Source of the DNA: Solirubrobacterales bacterium
GTDB taxonomy: Bacteria; Bacillota; Syntrophomonadia; Syntrophomonadales; DTU052
Assembly: GCA_050258755.1 (NCBI GenBank)
Contig: JBLMZI010000001.1
Coordinates: 73,833-137,832 of the forward strand
Length of the DNA: 64,000 nt
Reading direction: 5' to 3'
The notes under the pieces are model-generated. The model saw only the letters and a program-made list of their open reading frames with translations. It did not search any database and was not told the DNA's origin. This document shows positions 45,957 to 55,344 of the stretch, piece after piece. Positions within the stretch are counted from its first letter, which is position 1; each line of letters begins with the position of its first letter. The translations under genes and the position numbers were made by a program.

Positions 45957-47201
45957 TTATGATTGCGCTTTCGGCAGTTTGCGTACGATTACGAAGCCAA
46001 GCACGAGCATGATCACAATGAGAAGCCCATTAAACAGGACGCGGGTCGAAACCACCTGGTTCGACGCCGGTACGGCAAAGGAGTGCCGCGGTCCCAGGGT
46101 TCCCTGGTTTAGATCGCTCTTTTCCAGTTCCGCCTTGAAGGCGGCCAGGTCATATTCGGGTGCCGCCGCGTCGCCCTTTCCGAAAACCAACCGGTAGTTG
46201 TGATCCGGCACAGCGGCAAAAACTAAGCGATCCACGGTGAACAGGGCAGTCACCTTGGATGGTTTCAAGGCTTTGTTGTCGCCGTCGCGCACCACCAGTT
46301 CGAAGGCTCCCGGTGCCGCCGTTTCCGGCAGATCGATTGACGTGTGGCTGGCCTGCGCCTTTTTCAAGGTAAGCTGGTACAGGGTGCCGCCAGCCAGATA
46401 AACCCGATGTTTGCCTTCGATCCGGAACAGTTCGTAGTCCCGCGAGAAATCCCCGGAAAGTGAAAGGGTCAGGCGGTTCACCCGGACCCGGTTCGGATTG
46501 GAAATCCGGTAAACCGAGGTTTTGTTTTCCGATTTGAAGGTATAGGGCAGGGCGGTTTCGCGAGTATAGCTGGCGTAGGTCCGGCTGACGGTGCCGACAA
46601 AGCGGGGAACCAGCGAGGATACCGAAAGCCCGTCCAGGTTGTTGATCAAGTACACGCGGTAGAATCGGTATTTGTAGCCCTCGTCGAAAGTGATCGATTT
46701 CTGGGCTTTGTCATTAATCCGATAGACTTTGGTTTCACTGAGCCGGTCCCAGGTGAGGTTGTCATAGCTGCCGTAAACCGCGGTGCGAACCAGGAATGGC
46801 GTATCGTCGATGATCACATCGAGCTGATTGACCAGCGGATCGGTATTGGCCGGAACCGTCACCGAATAATCGTACACGGTATCCTGCTTTACCTGATAGG
46901 TGCGCAGCTGGAGAGCATCATACGACCGGTCCGGTTCGCGCAGCACGGACTCAAAGGCGTTGATCACGGCATAGGGAACAAGTTCGCCGTTTTCGTCGGC
47001 GATCCGGACATCCTGAAGATTAGTCCCGGCACCGCGATAGGTATCGGTGTCCAAAAAGACTGCGGTATAGGGATTGGACCCGTTGATTTTGATTTCCTTG
47101 AAATATTTCCAGCCCTTCAGCGCATCGGGCGCTTTCGCGGCCAGTGCTGGCAGCCCGGCCAGGACGAGCAAGGCGGTTATCAGTGCGATCCAGCGTTTCA
47201 T
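45957..47201 (-). CDS. DUF3999-like secreted/membrane-anchored protein
   Basis: 414-aa ORF with the signal peptide MKRWIALITALLVLAGLPALAA and the C-terminal TM segment LFNGLLIVIMLVLGFVIV. It overlaps the upstream DUF2339-like gene by 4 nt. The family call is from memory of the usual DUF2339/DUF3999 pairing. Confidence 0.65.
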   Translation of the reverse strand: MKRWIALITALLVLAGLPALAAKAPDALKGWKYFKEIKINGSNPYTAVFLDTDTYRGAGTNLQDVRIADENGELVPYAVINAFESVLREPDRSYDALQLRTYQVKQDTVYDYSVTVPANTDPLVNQLDVIIDDTPFLVRTAVYGSYDNLTWDRLSETKVYRINDKAQKSITFDEGYKYRFYRVYLINNLDGLSVSSLVPRFVGTVSRTYASYTRETALPYTFKSENKTSVYRISNPNRVRVNRLTLSLSGDFSRDYELFRIEGKHRVYLAGGTLYQLTLKKAQASHTSIDLPETAAPGAFELVVRDGDNKALKPSKVTALFTVDRLVFAAVPDHNYRLVFGKGDAAAPEYDLAAFKAELEKSDLNQGTLGPRHSFAVPASNQVVSTRVLFNGLLIVIMLVLGFVIVRKLPKAQS

Positions 47202-49756
47202 TCGTTCTCCTCTTTCCCGGTTTGCGGCGGCGGGGTGAGATTAAGCCGCCGGTCTTGCGACTCCAGTTTCTGATAGATGTAGGAAATAGCCAGGAAGACG
47301 ACGCCAAAGCCAAAGAAGGCGAAGATCCGGGTCAGGCTGGACAGTCCTGACAGGTCGAGGAAGACCAGCTTCGCGGTCGCCAGCAGGGCCAGCCCCAGAC
47401 CGAACCGCCGGATGTAAACATAGTATTGTTTCAACCCGTAAACGACCAGAGCCAGCGACAGGATCATCATGGCGAAGCTTTCCACGAAGTGACTGCTCGG
47501 GATCCAGAAGAACTGGCAGCGGCGGACTATAATGATGGCGATGATCAGGTAAATCGCCAGAATCACCGGGTACCATTCCAGGTTGTAGCCAAAGCGTGAA
47601 AGCACCGCAAGTACGGCCTTGCGCAGGGTTGCGAAGACGAAACCGAGCAGGCCGATGAGCAGAACCAGGGTGATCCAGGAAACCGGGTCGTTTACACTGG
47701 CAGGTCCAAAGGCACCATTCGGAAAGACTGAGTCAGTCGCCAAATTTAGAATCACCAGATCGATCACAGCGATCACGACACAAACCGCGCCGGCCACTAT
47801 CCGGTCCTGGGTGAGCTTTAGCCGGTGCATTCCGTAACAGACCAGGACGGCTGCCGCCATACAGGTCAGCGCGGCATAGAAGTCAACCAGATGCCAGTTC
47901 CAGTCGATATACGGCCTAACCCAGGCATCAAATGCCTCACTGGATTCGATCACCGCGTAAAAGAGGATATGGGCCAGGATGAAGTATTTTGCGAGGTTAA
48001 AGCCCCTGCCGAGCACTGAAATGACGGAGGAGCCGTCCGAATTGGGCCGGTGGGCGGCGATGACGGCGGCCATACCCACGGTCAGCAGGGCGAAACGATA
48101 ATGATGCATCGGATCGACGGAATCGGCCGCGATCACGAACGCGGCATAGGAGAGGCCTAGAACCGCCCAGCCGGCCCACTGCATCAGTTTGGAATCCAAT
48201 CTGAGCCCGTAGATTACCAGGAAGACCGCTTCAATCGTCCAGCCGATGCTGAGCCAGACTTTGCCGAACTGGAACGGCACCACCAGGGTGACGAAGGTGA
48301 GCGCGGTCAGGTAGAAAATCGTCCGCATCAGCCGTTCCTGGGGAACGATGCGTTCCAGCAGGCGGCCGAGACCGATATACAACAGCGCAAAGCCGACCGC
48401 CAGGAAGCCCCGGTAATCGTCCCAGCCAGCCCGGCTTAGAATCCAGTAGGCCGAGGCGCAGCTGACGGTGGTGTTTAAAGCCAGCAGGAAGATTTCCTGC
48501 TGGGCCAGCGCAGTGCGGAAGCGAACCGCATAGCCCAGGATGATCGCCAGATACAGGGCGAACATCCCCATGACGAACAGCAGGGAAGGCACAGCCCTCG
48601 GGAGGCCCGAAATCAGGTACAGCATCACCGGGATGGAGAGCAGGAGGCCGACCCAGCTGACAATCTGCCATTTTCGGACCAATGAAACCGCCAACAGCAT
48701 GGCGTTCAGCAGGAAGACATAAGCCATGGCGATGTATACGGCGGTTACGGTCAGATCCATATTAAAAACATAAGCGAAGAAGGGAAGATAACCGCCGATC
48801 AGGCCGAAGACCGCGATGCCCCTGGAGTTGTAGCGGAGTGATAAGGCCACGGTTCCAAGGGTAACCAGGACGGCAAAGAGCGCCGCGGCCTGAAGATCAA
48901 GGATTTCCAGAAAGAAGTAACTGGAAAAGGCCGTTATATACAAGATGGCGATCCCGCCGGAAACCAGGCCCAGCGCAAAGGTGTTCTGCTGTTTCCGGTT
49001 CAGGAGTTCACCGCCGCTCAGAAAACCGAGGCCCAGCACCAGAAGCAGCACACCTTTCGCGTACGGACCGGGATGGAACCAGTTATTGTATCCGTATTTC
49101 ACCAGCATTACGGTGGCCACCACAATGAGAAAGATCCCGAGTTTATTCGTCCAGCTCAAGCCGAGCAGGCGTTCCAGGTTGTTCTGGAAGAGGCGGCGCT
49201 GCACAGCGGCCGCGTCGAGCGGTTCGTCGCCAAATTGCTGGCAGCGGGCATCAAGCTCAGTCATCCACTGCTGCCGTTCCTCGGCCAGGGCTTTACGTTT
49301 TTCGGCCAGGGTGCCGCTCACCTTGGCGGTCAGCTGGTCAAGTTCCTCCTTCAGCAATGCCTCTTCGGCCATGAGCGCATCGCTGAGTTTGGCCCGAATT
49401 TCCTGAAGCTTGTTTTTAAACTGCAGCTCAAGCAGGAACAGCCGGTTGTTTTCACCGTTTTCAGCATTCTGGAAATAGGTCTCCATCTTCCGGCGTGAGA
49501 TTTTCAGGATGTTGAGCCGTTCGTTCAGAATCTGTTCGTTCAATGCGACCCGGAGCCTGGCGTTTTCGGCCGAGGCATCCGAAAATTGACCAGAAAGCCG
49601 GGTGTTTTCGGATTGCAGCCGGGCTAGTGTGTTTTTTAGCTCTTCATTCTCACGCACCACCCGGTCTTGATCATAAGCGGCAATGATCTCCTGGAGTTCG
49701 GAAACCGATTGGGATTCTGCCTGAAGCAGTTTGGTAAGACGTTCCCTTACATCCAT
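47198..49756 (-). CDS. DUF2339-like large polytopic membrane protein with an N-terminal coiled coil
   Basis: ATG at 49756 lies 7 nt after GGAGGG; the ORF opens at 49858. About 200 aa of coiled coil (ENEELKNTLARLQSENTRL...) are followed by more than 20 hydrophobic segments. Confidence 0.7.
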   Translation of the reverse strand: MDVRERLTKLLQAESQSVSELQEIIAAYDQDRVVRENEELKNTLARLQSENTRLSGQFSDASAENARLRVALNEQILNERLNILKISRRKMETYFQNAENGENNRLFLLELQFKNKLQEIRAKLSDALMAEEALLKEELDQLTAKVSGTLAEKRKALAEERQQWMTELDARCQQFGDEPLDAAAVQRRLFQNNLERLLGLSWTNKLGIFLIVVATVMLVKYGYNNWFHPGPYAKGVLLLVLGLGFLSGGELLNRKQQNTFALGLVSGGIAILYITAFSSYFFLEILDLQAAALFAVLVTLGTVALSLRYNSRGIAVFGLIGGYLPFFAYVFNMDLTVTAVYIAMAYVFLLNAMLLAVSLVRKWQIVSWVGLLLSIPVMLYLISGLPRAVPSLLFVMGMFALYLAIILGYAVRFRTALAQQEIFLLALNTTVSCASAYWILSRAGWDDYRGFLAVGFALLYIGLGRLLERIVPQERLMRTIFYLTALTFVTLVVPFQFGKVWLSIGWTIEAVFLVIYGLRLDSKLMQWAGWAVLGLSYAAFVIAADSVDPMHHYRFALLTVGMAAVIAAHRPNSDGSSVISVLGRGFNLAKYFILAHILFYAVIESSEAFDAWVRPYIDWNWHLVDFYAALTCMAAAVLVCYGMHRLKLTQDRIVAGAVCVVIAVIDLVILNLATDSVFPNGAFGPASVNDPVSWITLVLLIGLLGFVFATLRKAVLAVLSRFGYNLEWYPVILAIYLIIAIIIVRRCQFFWIPSSHFVESFAMMILSLALVVYGLKQYYVYIRRFGLGLALLATAKLVFLDLSGLSSLTRIFAFFGFGVVFLAISYIYQKLESQDRRLNLTPPPQTGKEENE

Positions 49757-50023
49757 AGCTTCCCTCCTCAAGGTATGGTCTGTCATTATTGTAAAGGAAT
49801 CGCGGTTCGTAATGGAAGGGCGGGTTGGTGAACCAGGCAAGCGCCGGGAAACATTCATGATGGCTTGCAGCGGTCCTAAACCGGTGTTATCCCGGTATAA
49901 TCCCCGAAAACAAGGCGATTAAAGGATCAAGCCATTTGAACGGCTGCGCGATATATGAAGTGGTGCAACTTATTGTTGAAGGCCCTGAAATGATTGTGCC
50001 CTTAACCGGGCAAGGAGTGCTGG

Positions 50024-50872
50024 ATGCCGCATCAATTCAACCGCGTGTTTCACCCGGATTATCTCGCGTATAACCGCAGAATCATCCGGGAGAACCGGGA
50101 CGACAATCCGACGGTTGTTCCCGCGCTGCCGGCGGCGGTTCGGCAGCTGTATCTTAAGCTGCTCGACCTGGGGGTCGACGTTCGGTTCAAACGTTATATC
50201 GATTTTACATACATCCCCGGTGCGCCGCTGCTGCTGGCTGGGCGCAAAACGATCCGACACCTGATCACACCGCGCCATATCGTCATTCACCTGCCAGCCG
50301 GGCCGCTGGCCGCTAAGCCCGAAATGCATATCGCCCACGCGCTGCTGATCACGCTGTTTGAGCAGGCCGGAATTGGGCTGACCGAGTTTCAACGCCGCAA
50401 ATACCGGGATGAACGGCTGTTGGAGTGGGTGCTCCAAAACCTGCACGACGGGCTGATTGAGCGGCATCTGCTTCAAATGGGGTATGATATGCTGACCCCG
50501 GCGACCGAACTGCTCGATGAAGCACACCATGCGTTCGCCTATAAAATCGAGTCGGCGAGTCTTCCATTGCCCATCTGGTTCTGGGGGTATTTCCTCCTGG
50601 TCTGCATCCTGGATATCGGATACGCCCGGTCCTATCTCGAAAAGGCCGGGTCGGTCTGCCCGGGCACGCTGCTTTTGTGTGCGGAAACCCTTGCCTTGAT
50701 TGCGGCGACCGGACCGTTGGAGCAAAGCGATGGTTTTGCGGAAGCGATCACGGGGATCGAATCCCTGTACCGCTCCTTTTTCGAGCTGGTCCCCAGCGCC
50801 GTTCAGGACGAGGAAAGACACTATGTGCTGCGTATGGATGTGTGGATCGACCGAATCCTCAAGCCGGTTTAA
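50024..50872 (+). CDS. Hypothetical protein (no family recognised)
   Basis: 282-aa ORF with AAGGAG 6 nt upstream of the ATG and normal composition. The overlapping 313-aa minus ORF is Arg/Gln/Pro-rich and looks like an antisense artefact. Confidence 0.55.
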   Translation: MPHQFNRVFHPDYLAYNRRIIRENRDDNPTVVPALPAAVRQLYLKLLDLGVDVRFKRYIDFTYIPGAPLLLAGRKTIRHLITPRHIVIHLPAGPLAAKPEMHIAHALLITLFEQAGIGLTEFQRRKYRDERLLEWVLQNLHDGLIERHLLQMGYDMLTPATELLDEAHHAFAYKIESASLPLPIWFWGYFLLVCILDIGYARSYLEKAGSVCPGTLLLCAETLALIAATGPLEQSDGFAEAITGIESLYRSFFELVPSAVQDEERHYVLRMDVWIDRILKPV

Positions 50873-51126
50873 CCGTGGCGCATTGATATCCGTAGCACAA
50901 ACCAACGGCAAGTTATGCCAGGACCGTTCGTCTTCTTACACCCCGCACCCCCTTATCAAACCCTTCCGCAACCGCACAAGCCGGAGGCTTCCCGCGTTTA
51001 CCCCGAAAATGGTATGCTGAAATCATGGCGGTTTTGGCCGCTAGCCTTTAGGAATTGCTGAACCTGGCTTTTATTGCGAATGATTGATGGGCGTACCGAA
51101 ACAATCACGGAAAGGGAGATGAATAC

Positions 51127-53733
51127 GTGAAAGAAGCGATGCTGATTAAAGACGGTGTTTGGTGGGTTGGCGCACTCGATCCTGCGCTCAGGGTTTTCGA
51201 CATCATCATGTGGACCGATTATGGGACGTCCTACAATGCTTATGTGATCAAAGGAACTCAAAAGACGGCTTTGGTTGAGACTGTCAAGGAAAAATGGCTG
51301 CCGGAATACCTTGAACGGGTTAAACAGATCGTTGATTTAAAACAGGTGGATTACCTGATTCTGAACCACACCGAGCCGGACCATGCCGGATCAGTCGCCG
51401 CGATCCTGGCGGAAGCTCCGCAGATTCAAGTGGTGGCGAGCCCGGTCGCCTTGAACTTTTTAGCCGGGATTGCGAACCGGGAGATCAAGGGAACACCGGT
51501 CGGCGACGGCGACAGCCTGGAGCTCGGGGGAAAAACGCTGCGCTTTATCGATGCGCCGTTTCTGCACTGGCCGGATACGATTTATACCTATGACGAACAG
51601 GACCGGATTCTGTTCACCTGTGACTCGTTCGGTTCTCATTTTGCGGACGAGCGGGTTTTTGACGATGTCAAGGAAGCCGATTTCGATACGGCCTTCAAAT
51701 ACTACTTTGATAACATCATCGGGCCGTTCAAGCCGCACATGCTGGCGGCCCTGGATAAGATCAAGGATCTTCCGCTCGAAATCATCGCCACAGGTCACGG
51801 CCCGGTACTGCGCAACGATCTGCCCAATTACCTGGCAACCTACCGCGCGTGGGTGACCCCGCCGCCGAAGCATGAAAAACCGGTGGTCGTGATTCCGTAT
51901 GTCTCGGCGTACGGCTACACTCGGCAGCTCGCCAACAGCATTGTGGAAGGCATACAGATGATGGGGGAATTCGATATCCGCGTCTATGACCTGGTTGAAA
52001 CCCCGGTGGATCAGGCGGTCGCGGAGATTGGCGAGGCAGATGCTTTCGCGATTGGTTCGCCGACGCTTGTCGGCGATGCCCTGCCGAACATTTGGGAACT
52101 GCTGATTAAGCTGAACCCGGTGATTCACGGCGGCAAACTGGCCGGGGCCTTCGGCTCTTACGGCTGGAGCGGCGAAGCGGTCCCCAATATGGAGGCCCGC
52201 CTGACCAGCCTGCGGATGAATGTCGTACCCGGTCTGCGGGTGAACTTCAAGCCATCCGAACCGCAGCTGGAAATGGCCTTTGAGTGGGGGGTCAACTTTG
52301 GCCGCAAGCTGATCGATCACCTGCAGCCAGCCAGCAAAACCCAGTGGAAATGCCTGGTCTGCGGCCAGGTCTTCACCGGCGAAGAGCCTCCGCACGTCTG
52401 CCCGGCCTGCGGTGTCGGTCAGGAAAACTTCGAACGGGTAGAGATGGAAGACGAATTCACCAATGATACAAAGGAAACCTTTGTTGTGGTCGGCGGCGGC
52501 ATTGCAGGACTTTCCGCGGCCGAGGCGATTCGGAAACGAAACGGTACCGCGGTCATCAAGTTTCTGACCGCGGAAAAACACCGGGTTTATTACCGGCCGG
52601 CCTTGTCCGATTACCTGAGCGCGGATCTTACGGATGAAGAACTGTATGTGCACGATCCGGCCTGGTATGACGAGCACCGGATCGAACTGGTGACCGGGGC
52701 CGAAATGACGGCGATCGTTCCGGGCGATAAGAAAATCGTGCTGCGGGATGGCCGCGAGGTCACCTACGACAAACTGATTTTGGCGACCGGCGCGCGCTGC
52801 AACATCCCGCCGATCGACGGCGTCAACCTGCCGGGATCGTTCGTCCTGCGCCAACTGGATGAAGCGGCGGCGATCAAAAAGGCCGCTGCCGGGGCAAAAA
52901 GCGCGGTTGTGGTCGGCGGCGGCGTGCTCGGCCTTGAGGCAGCCTGGGAGCTTCGCTCCCGCGGCCTGGATGTGACAGTGGTCGAGTTTGCGCCCCGAAT
53001 TATGCCCCGCCAGCTCGATCCGGCCGGATCGGCCAAGCTGGAGGCCGTTATTCGGGAAACCGGCATTCACCTGATTCTTGGGGCGGCCACCGACAGCGTG
53101 GCTGGCAGTGAGCGCGTGGAAGCGGTCAAGCTAAAGGACGGGCGGGTTCTTCCGTGTGAAATGGTTGTCTTTTCAATCGGCGTCACCCCGAATGCCGAGA
53201 TCGCCAAAGCGGCGGGGCTCACCGTGAATCGGGCGATTGCGGTCGATAAGGCGATGCGCACCAGTGCCGCCAACATCTACGCCTGCGGGGACGCGGCCGA
53301 GATTGACGGCGTCAACGCAGGGCTCTGGCCGGTGGCGGCCGAAATGGGCCGGGTGGCCGGTGCGGCAGCGGCCGGGGACTGGATCGAATACACCCAGCCC
53401 AAGCTGTCATTAATGCTCGCGGCTTTCGGCTGGGAACTTTTCTCGATGGGTGATCTGACTGCGGTGGAAGACTGTGAAACGACCGAAGTTACCGATCCGA
53501 AGGACGGTACCTATAAAAAGTATTACCGGCGCGACGGCGTGCTGGTTGGTGTAATCCTGATCGCGCCGAAGGTGGAAGCCGCCGAAGCCATGAAGGCCTT
53601 TGGACAGGGGGCCAGGGTAAAAGCCGAGAAATGGCGCTGCCGCCGCTGCGGCTACGTCCACGAGGGGCCCGAGCCGCCGGAGGTTTGTCCGGCCTGCGGC
53701 GCCCCGAAGAAGATGTTCGATCCGGTGTTCTAG
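51127..53733 (+). CDS. Multidomain flavodiiron protein: FDP core (diiron MBL-like + flavodoxin), rubredoxin, NAD(P)H:rubredoxin oxidoreductase-like FAD/NAD domain, and a second rubredoxin
   Basis: 868-aa ORF with a GTG start 8 nt after AAGGGAG. The diiron motif reads LNHTEPDHAGS. Rubredoxin 1 reads WKCLVCGQ...VCPACG. Rossmann motifs read VVVGGGIAGLSAA and VVVGGGVLGLEAA. Rubredoxin 2 reads WRCRRCGY...VCPACG. Confidence 0.9.
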   Translation: MKEAMLIKDGVWWVGALDPALRVFDIIMWTDYGTSYNAYVIKGTQKTALVETVKEKWLPEYLERVKQIVDLKQVDYLILNHTEPDHAGSVAAILAEAPQIQVVASPVALNFLAGIANREIKGTPVGDGDSLELGGKTLRFIDAPFLHWPDTIYTYDEQDRILFTCDSFGSHFADERVFDDVKEADFDTAFKYYFDNIIGPFKPHMLAALDKIKDLPLEIIATGHGPVLRNDLPNYLATYRAWVTPPPKHEKPVVVIPYVSAYGYTRQLANSIVEGIQMMGEFDIRVYDLVETPVDQAVAEIGEADAFAIGSPTLVGDALPNIWELLIKLNPVIHGGKLAGAFGSYGWSGEAVPNMEARLTSLRMNVVPGLRVNFKPSEPQLEMAFEWGVNFGRKLIDHLQPASKTQWKCLVCGQVFTGEEPPHVCPACGVGQENFERVEMEDEFTNDTKETFVVVGGGIAGLSAAEAIRKRNGTAVIKFLTAEKHRVYYRPALSDYLSADLTDEELYVHDPAWYDEHRIELVTGAEMTAIVPGDKKIVLRDGREVTYDKLILATGARCNIPPIDGVNLPGSFVLRQLDEAAAIKKAAAGAKSAVVVGGGVLGLEAAWELRSRGLDVTVVEFAPRIMPRQLDPAGSAKLEAVIRETGIHLILGAATDSVAGSERVEAVKLKDGRVLPCEMVVFSIGVTPNAEIAKAAGLTVNRAIAVDKAMRTSAANIYACGDAAEIDGVNAGLWPVAAEMGRVAGAAAAGDWIEYTQPKLSLMLAAFGWELFSMGDLTAVEDCETTEVTDPKDGTYKKYYRRDGVLVGVILIAPKVEAAEAMKAFGQGARVKAEKWRCRRCGYVHEGPEPPEVCPACGAPKKMFDPVF

Positions 53734-53780
53734 GCCGAACTGACCGGAGTGACCAATTAACCGGATAACTTGAGCGATAA

Positions 53781-53812
53781 ACGAGGGTGCCGCGGGGCAC
53801 CCTCGTTTTCTT
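53781..53812. terminator. Hairpin terminator between convergent genes
   Basis: ACGAGGGTGCC-gcgg-GGCACCCTCGT followed by TTTTCTTT. Confidence 0.75.
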
Positions 53813-53842
53813 TCCTTGATATTGCTAAGGCAAAAGGATCAC

Positions 53843-54754
53843 TCAACCATCCGAGTTATTGGGCAGCCCATATACCTGCCTTGGTGCCAGAAACTCAGGA
53901 AATTGGTCAACCAATGCGCGGCATGCCACCGAACACAAGTGACAGGCATCCACATAATGCGCTTCGTGGCCAACAGCATATTTTCGGACCAGCGCGGCAG
54001 GTCCTCCCTGCAGCAGCGGGCCGATAACCGGATGAGAATCCGGATCGTAGTTCCTAATTAGATCGGATAAAGGCGTATCCATGGCGTTTCCCATGGTCAG
54101 ACCCTGGCAGAGATGAACATTGCCGAATGGATCCAGATGAACCCGAGAAGGGCTGCGCAGCTTTTCCAGCGGGCATTCGGTAAAACAGTCCCAGGATCTT
54201 GTGGGGAGTCCCGAAGTCAGCTTTTCCACGGCTCTGCCTCTGAATTTCGGGGATCCGGTATAGACCGGCGCTCCTTTTTCAGGGGTATTTTCATGTGCCG
54301 CCGCCCCGACGACGCGGATGAAATAGGCGGCCAAACCGAGATTCCGGGCTGCGGTCATCACGCGTTTCGCGGGGGTTTCATCGATTTTGCCATGGTGAAA
54401 GGCATCATCACTGACCTCGATCATGGAGAGACCGGCCTCAATGAGCGGCCGAAGCCAGCTTTGGGCATCATCCACAATCGTTGCCCAATAACAATTCGTT
54501 ACAATCGAGGTTTGATATCCTTTTTCAGAGGCCATCCGGACACTCTCCAGCAGCAGCGGATAAAACAGAAACGGCTCTCCGCCTTCAAAGCTCAACGATT
54601 TGATCGTGTCGATCTTTTGGCATTCATCAATCATGGTCTTCATACCGCCGAAGGTGAAGGTACCGGTTGAAGACGGGCTGCAGGATAGAAAACAGTGATC
54701 GCATTCGCAGTTGCACAGGTAAGTCAAAATGAAATGAATGGCGTCTAATCGCAT
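53843..54754 (-). CDS. Radical SAM protein with a Cys-rich (SPASM/twitch-like) C-terminal region
   Basis: 303-aa ORF. The CxxxCxxC motif lies within LTYLCNCECDHC. The C-terminal region has CFTEC...C and CHLCSVAC. Confidence 0.85.
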   Translation of the reverse strand: MRLDAIHFILTYLCNCECDHCFLSCSPSSTGTFTFGGMKTMIDECQKIDTIKSLSFEGGEPFLFYPLLLESVRMASEKGYQTSIVTNCYWATIVDDAQSWLRPLIEAGLSMIEVSDDAFHHGKIDETPAKRVMTAARNLGLAAYFIRVVGAAAHENTPEKGAPVYTGSPKFRGRAVEKLTSGLPTRSWDCFTECPLEKLRSPSRVHLDPFGNVHLCQGLTMGNAMDTPLSDLIRNYDPDSHPVIGPLLQGGPAALVRKYAVGHEAHYVDACHLCSVACRALVDQFPEFLAPRQVYGLPNNSDG

Positions 54755-54898
54755 AGTGAACCTCCTTTACGCGAAAATCCCTATTTCTTTTTATACCGAT
54801 CCTTGATAAATATTATATATGCGTTTCCATATAAGAAGGCATTTATAAAAAATTTGGGTTTCATTTCAGTCTAAACAGTATATTGGGAGGGACGAAAG

Positions 54899-55306
54899 AT
54901 GGAAGTGGCGGTCAATGAATACCTGATCAGTACGGATAAAAGCCGGCTGTCGGTGGAGGCCATTTTGGGCTTACTGCGCCAGACCTACTGGGCGAACGAG
55001 CGGTCGGCGGCGGTCATTGAGAAATCCATCGCGCACTCGATCTGTTTTGGCATCTATCATGAAACCGGTCAGGTTGGCTTTTCCCGGCTGGTTACCGACT
55101 ATGCGACCATGTACTGGGGCGCCGATGTAATCATCGACAAAGCCCATCGCGGCAAAGGCCTGGGCAAGGCCCTGGTCCGGAGCATGCTCGAAACCGAAGA
55201 AATACAGGGAATGAAGGGCATTCTGATGACCGAGGACGCGCACGGGCTCTATGAACAATTCGGCTTTGTCCGGGTGCCGAACCACGGCATGATCCGGCGG
55301 GTGTGA
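54899..55306 (+). CDS. GNAT-family N-acetyltransferase
   Basis: 135-aa ORF with the acetyl-CoA binding motif HRGKGLGKALV. Confidence 0.8.
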   Translation: MEVAVNEYLISTDKSRLSVEAILGLLRQTYWANERSAAVIEKSIAHSICFGIYHETGQVGFSRLVTDYATMYWGADVIIDKAHRGKGLGKALVRSMLETEEIQGMKGILMTEDAHGLYEQFGFVRVPNHGMIRRV

Positions 55307-55344
55307 GCCCGGAAATAGAATCTCAACAGAGAGGAGGTTCACCG

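Noticed and set aside
49970-50911. 313-aa minus ORF overlapping 50024..50872
   Set aside because: It is Arg/Gln/Pro/Gly-rich and has no RBS. The plus-strand frame has AAGGAG 6 nt before its ATG and normal composition, so only the plus frame is called, at modest confidence.
51460-53070. 536-aa minus ORF
   Set aside because: It is antisense to the flavodiiron fusion gene and has typical high-GC shadow composition.
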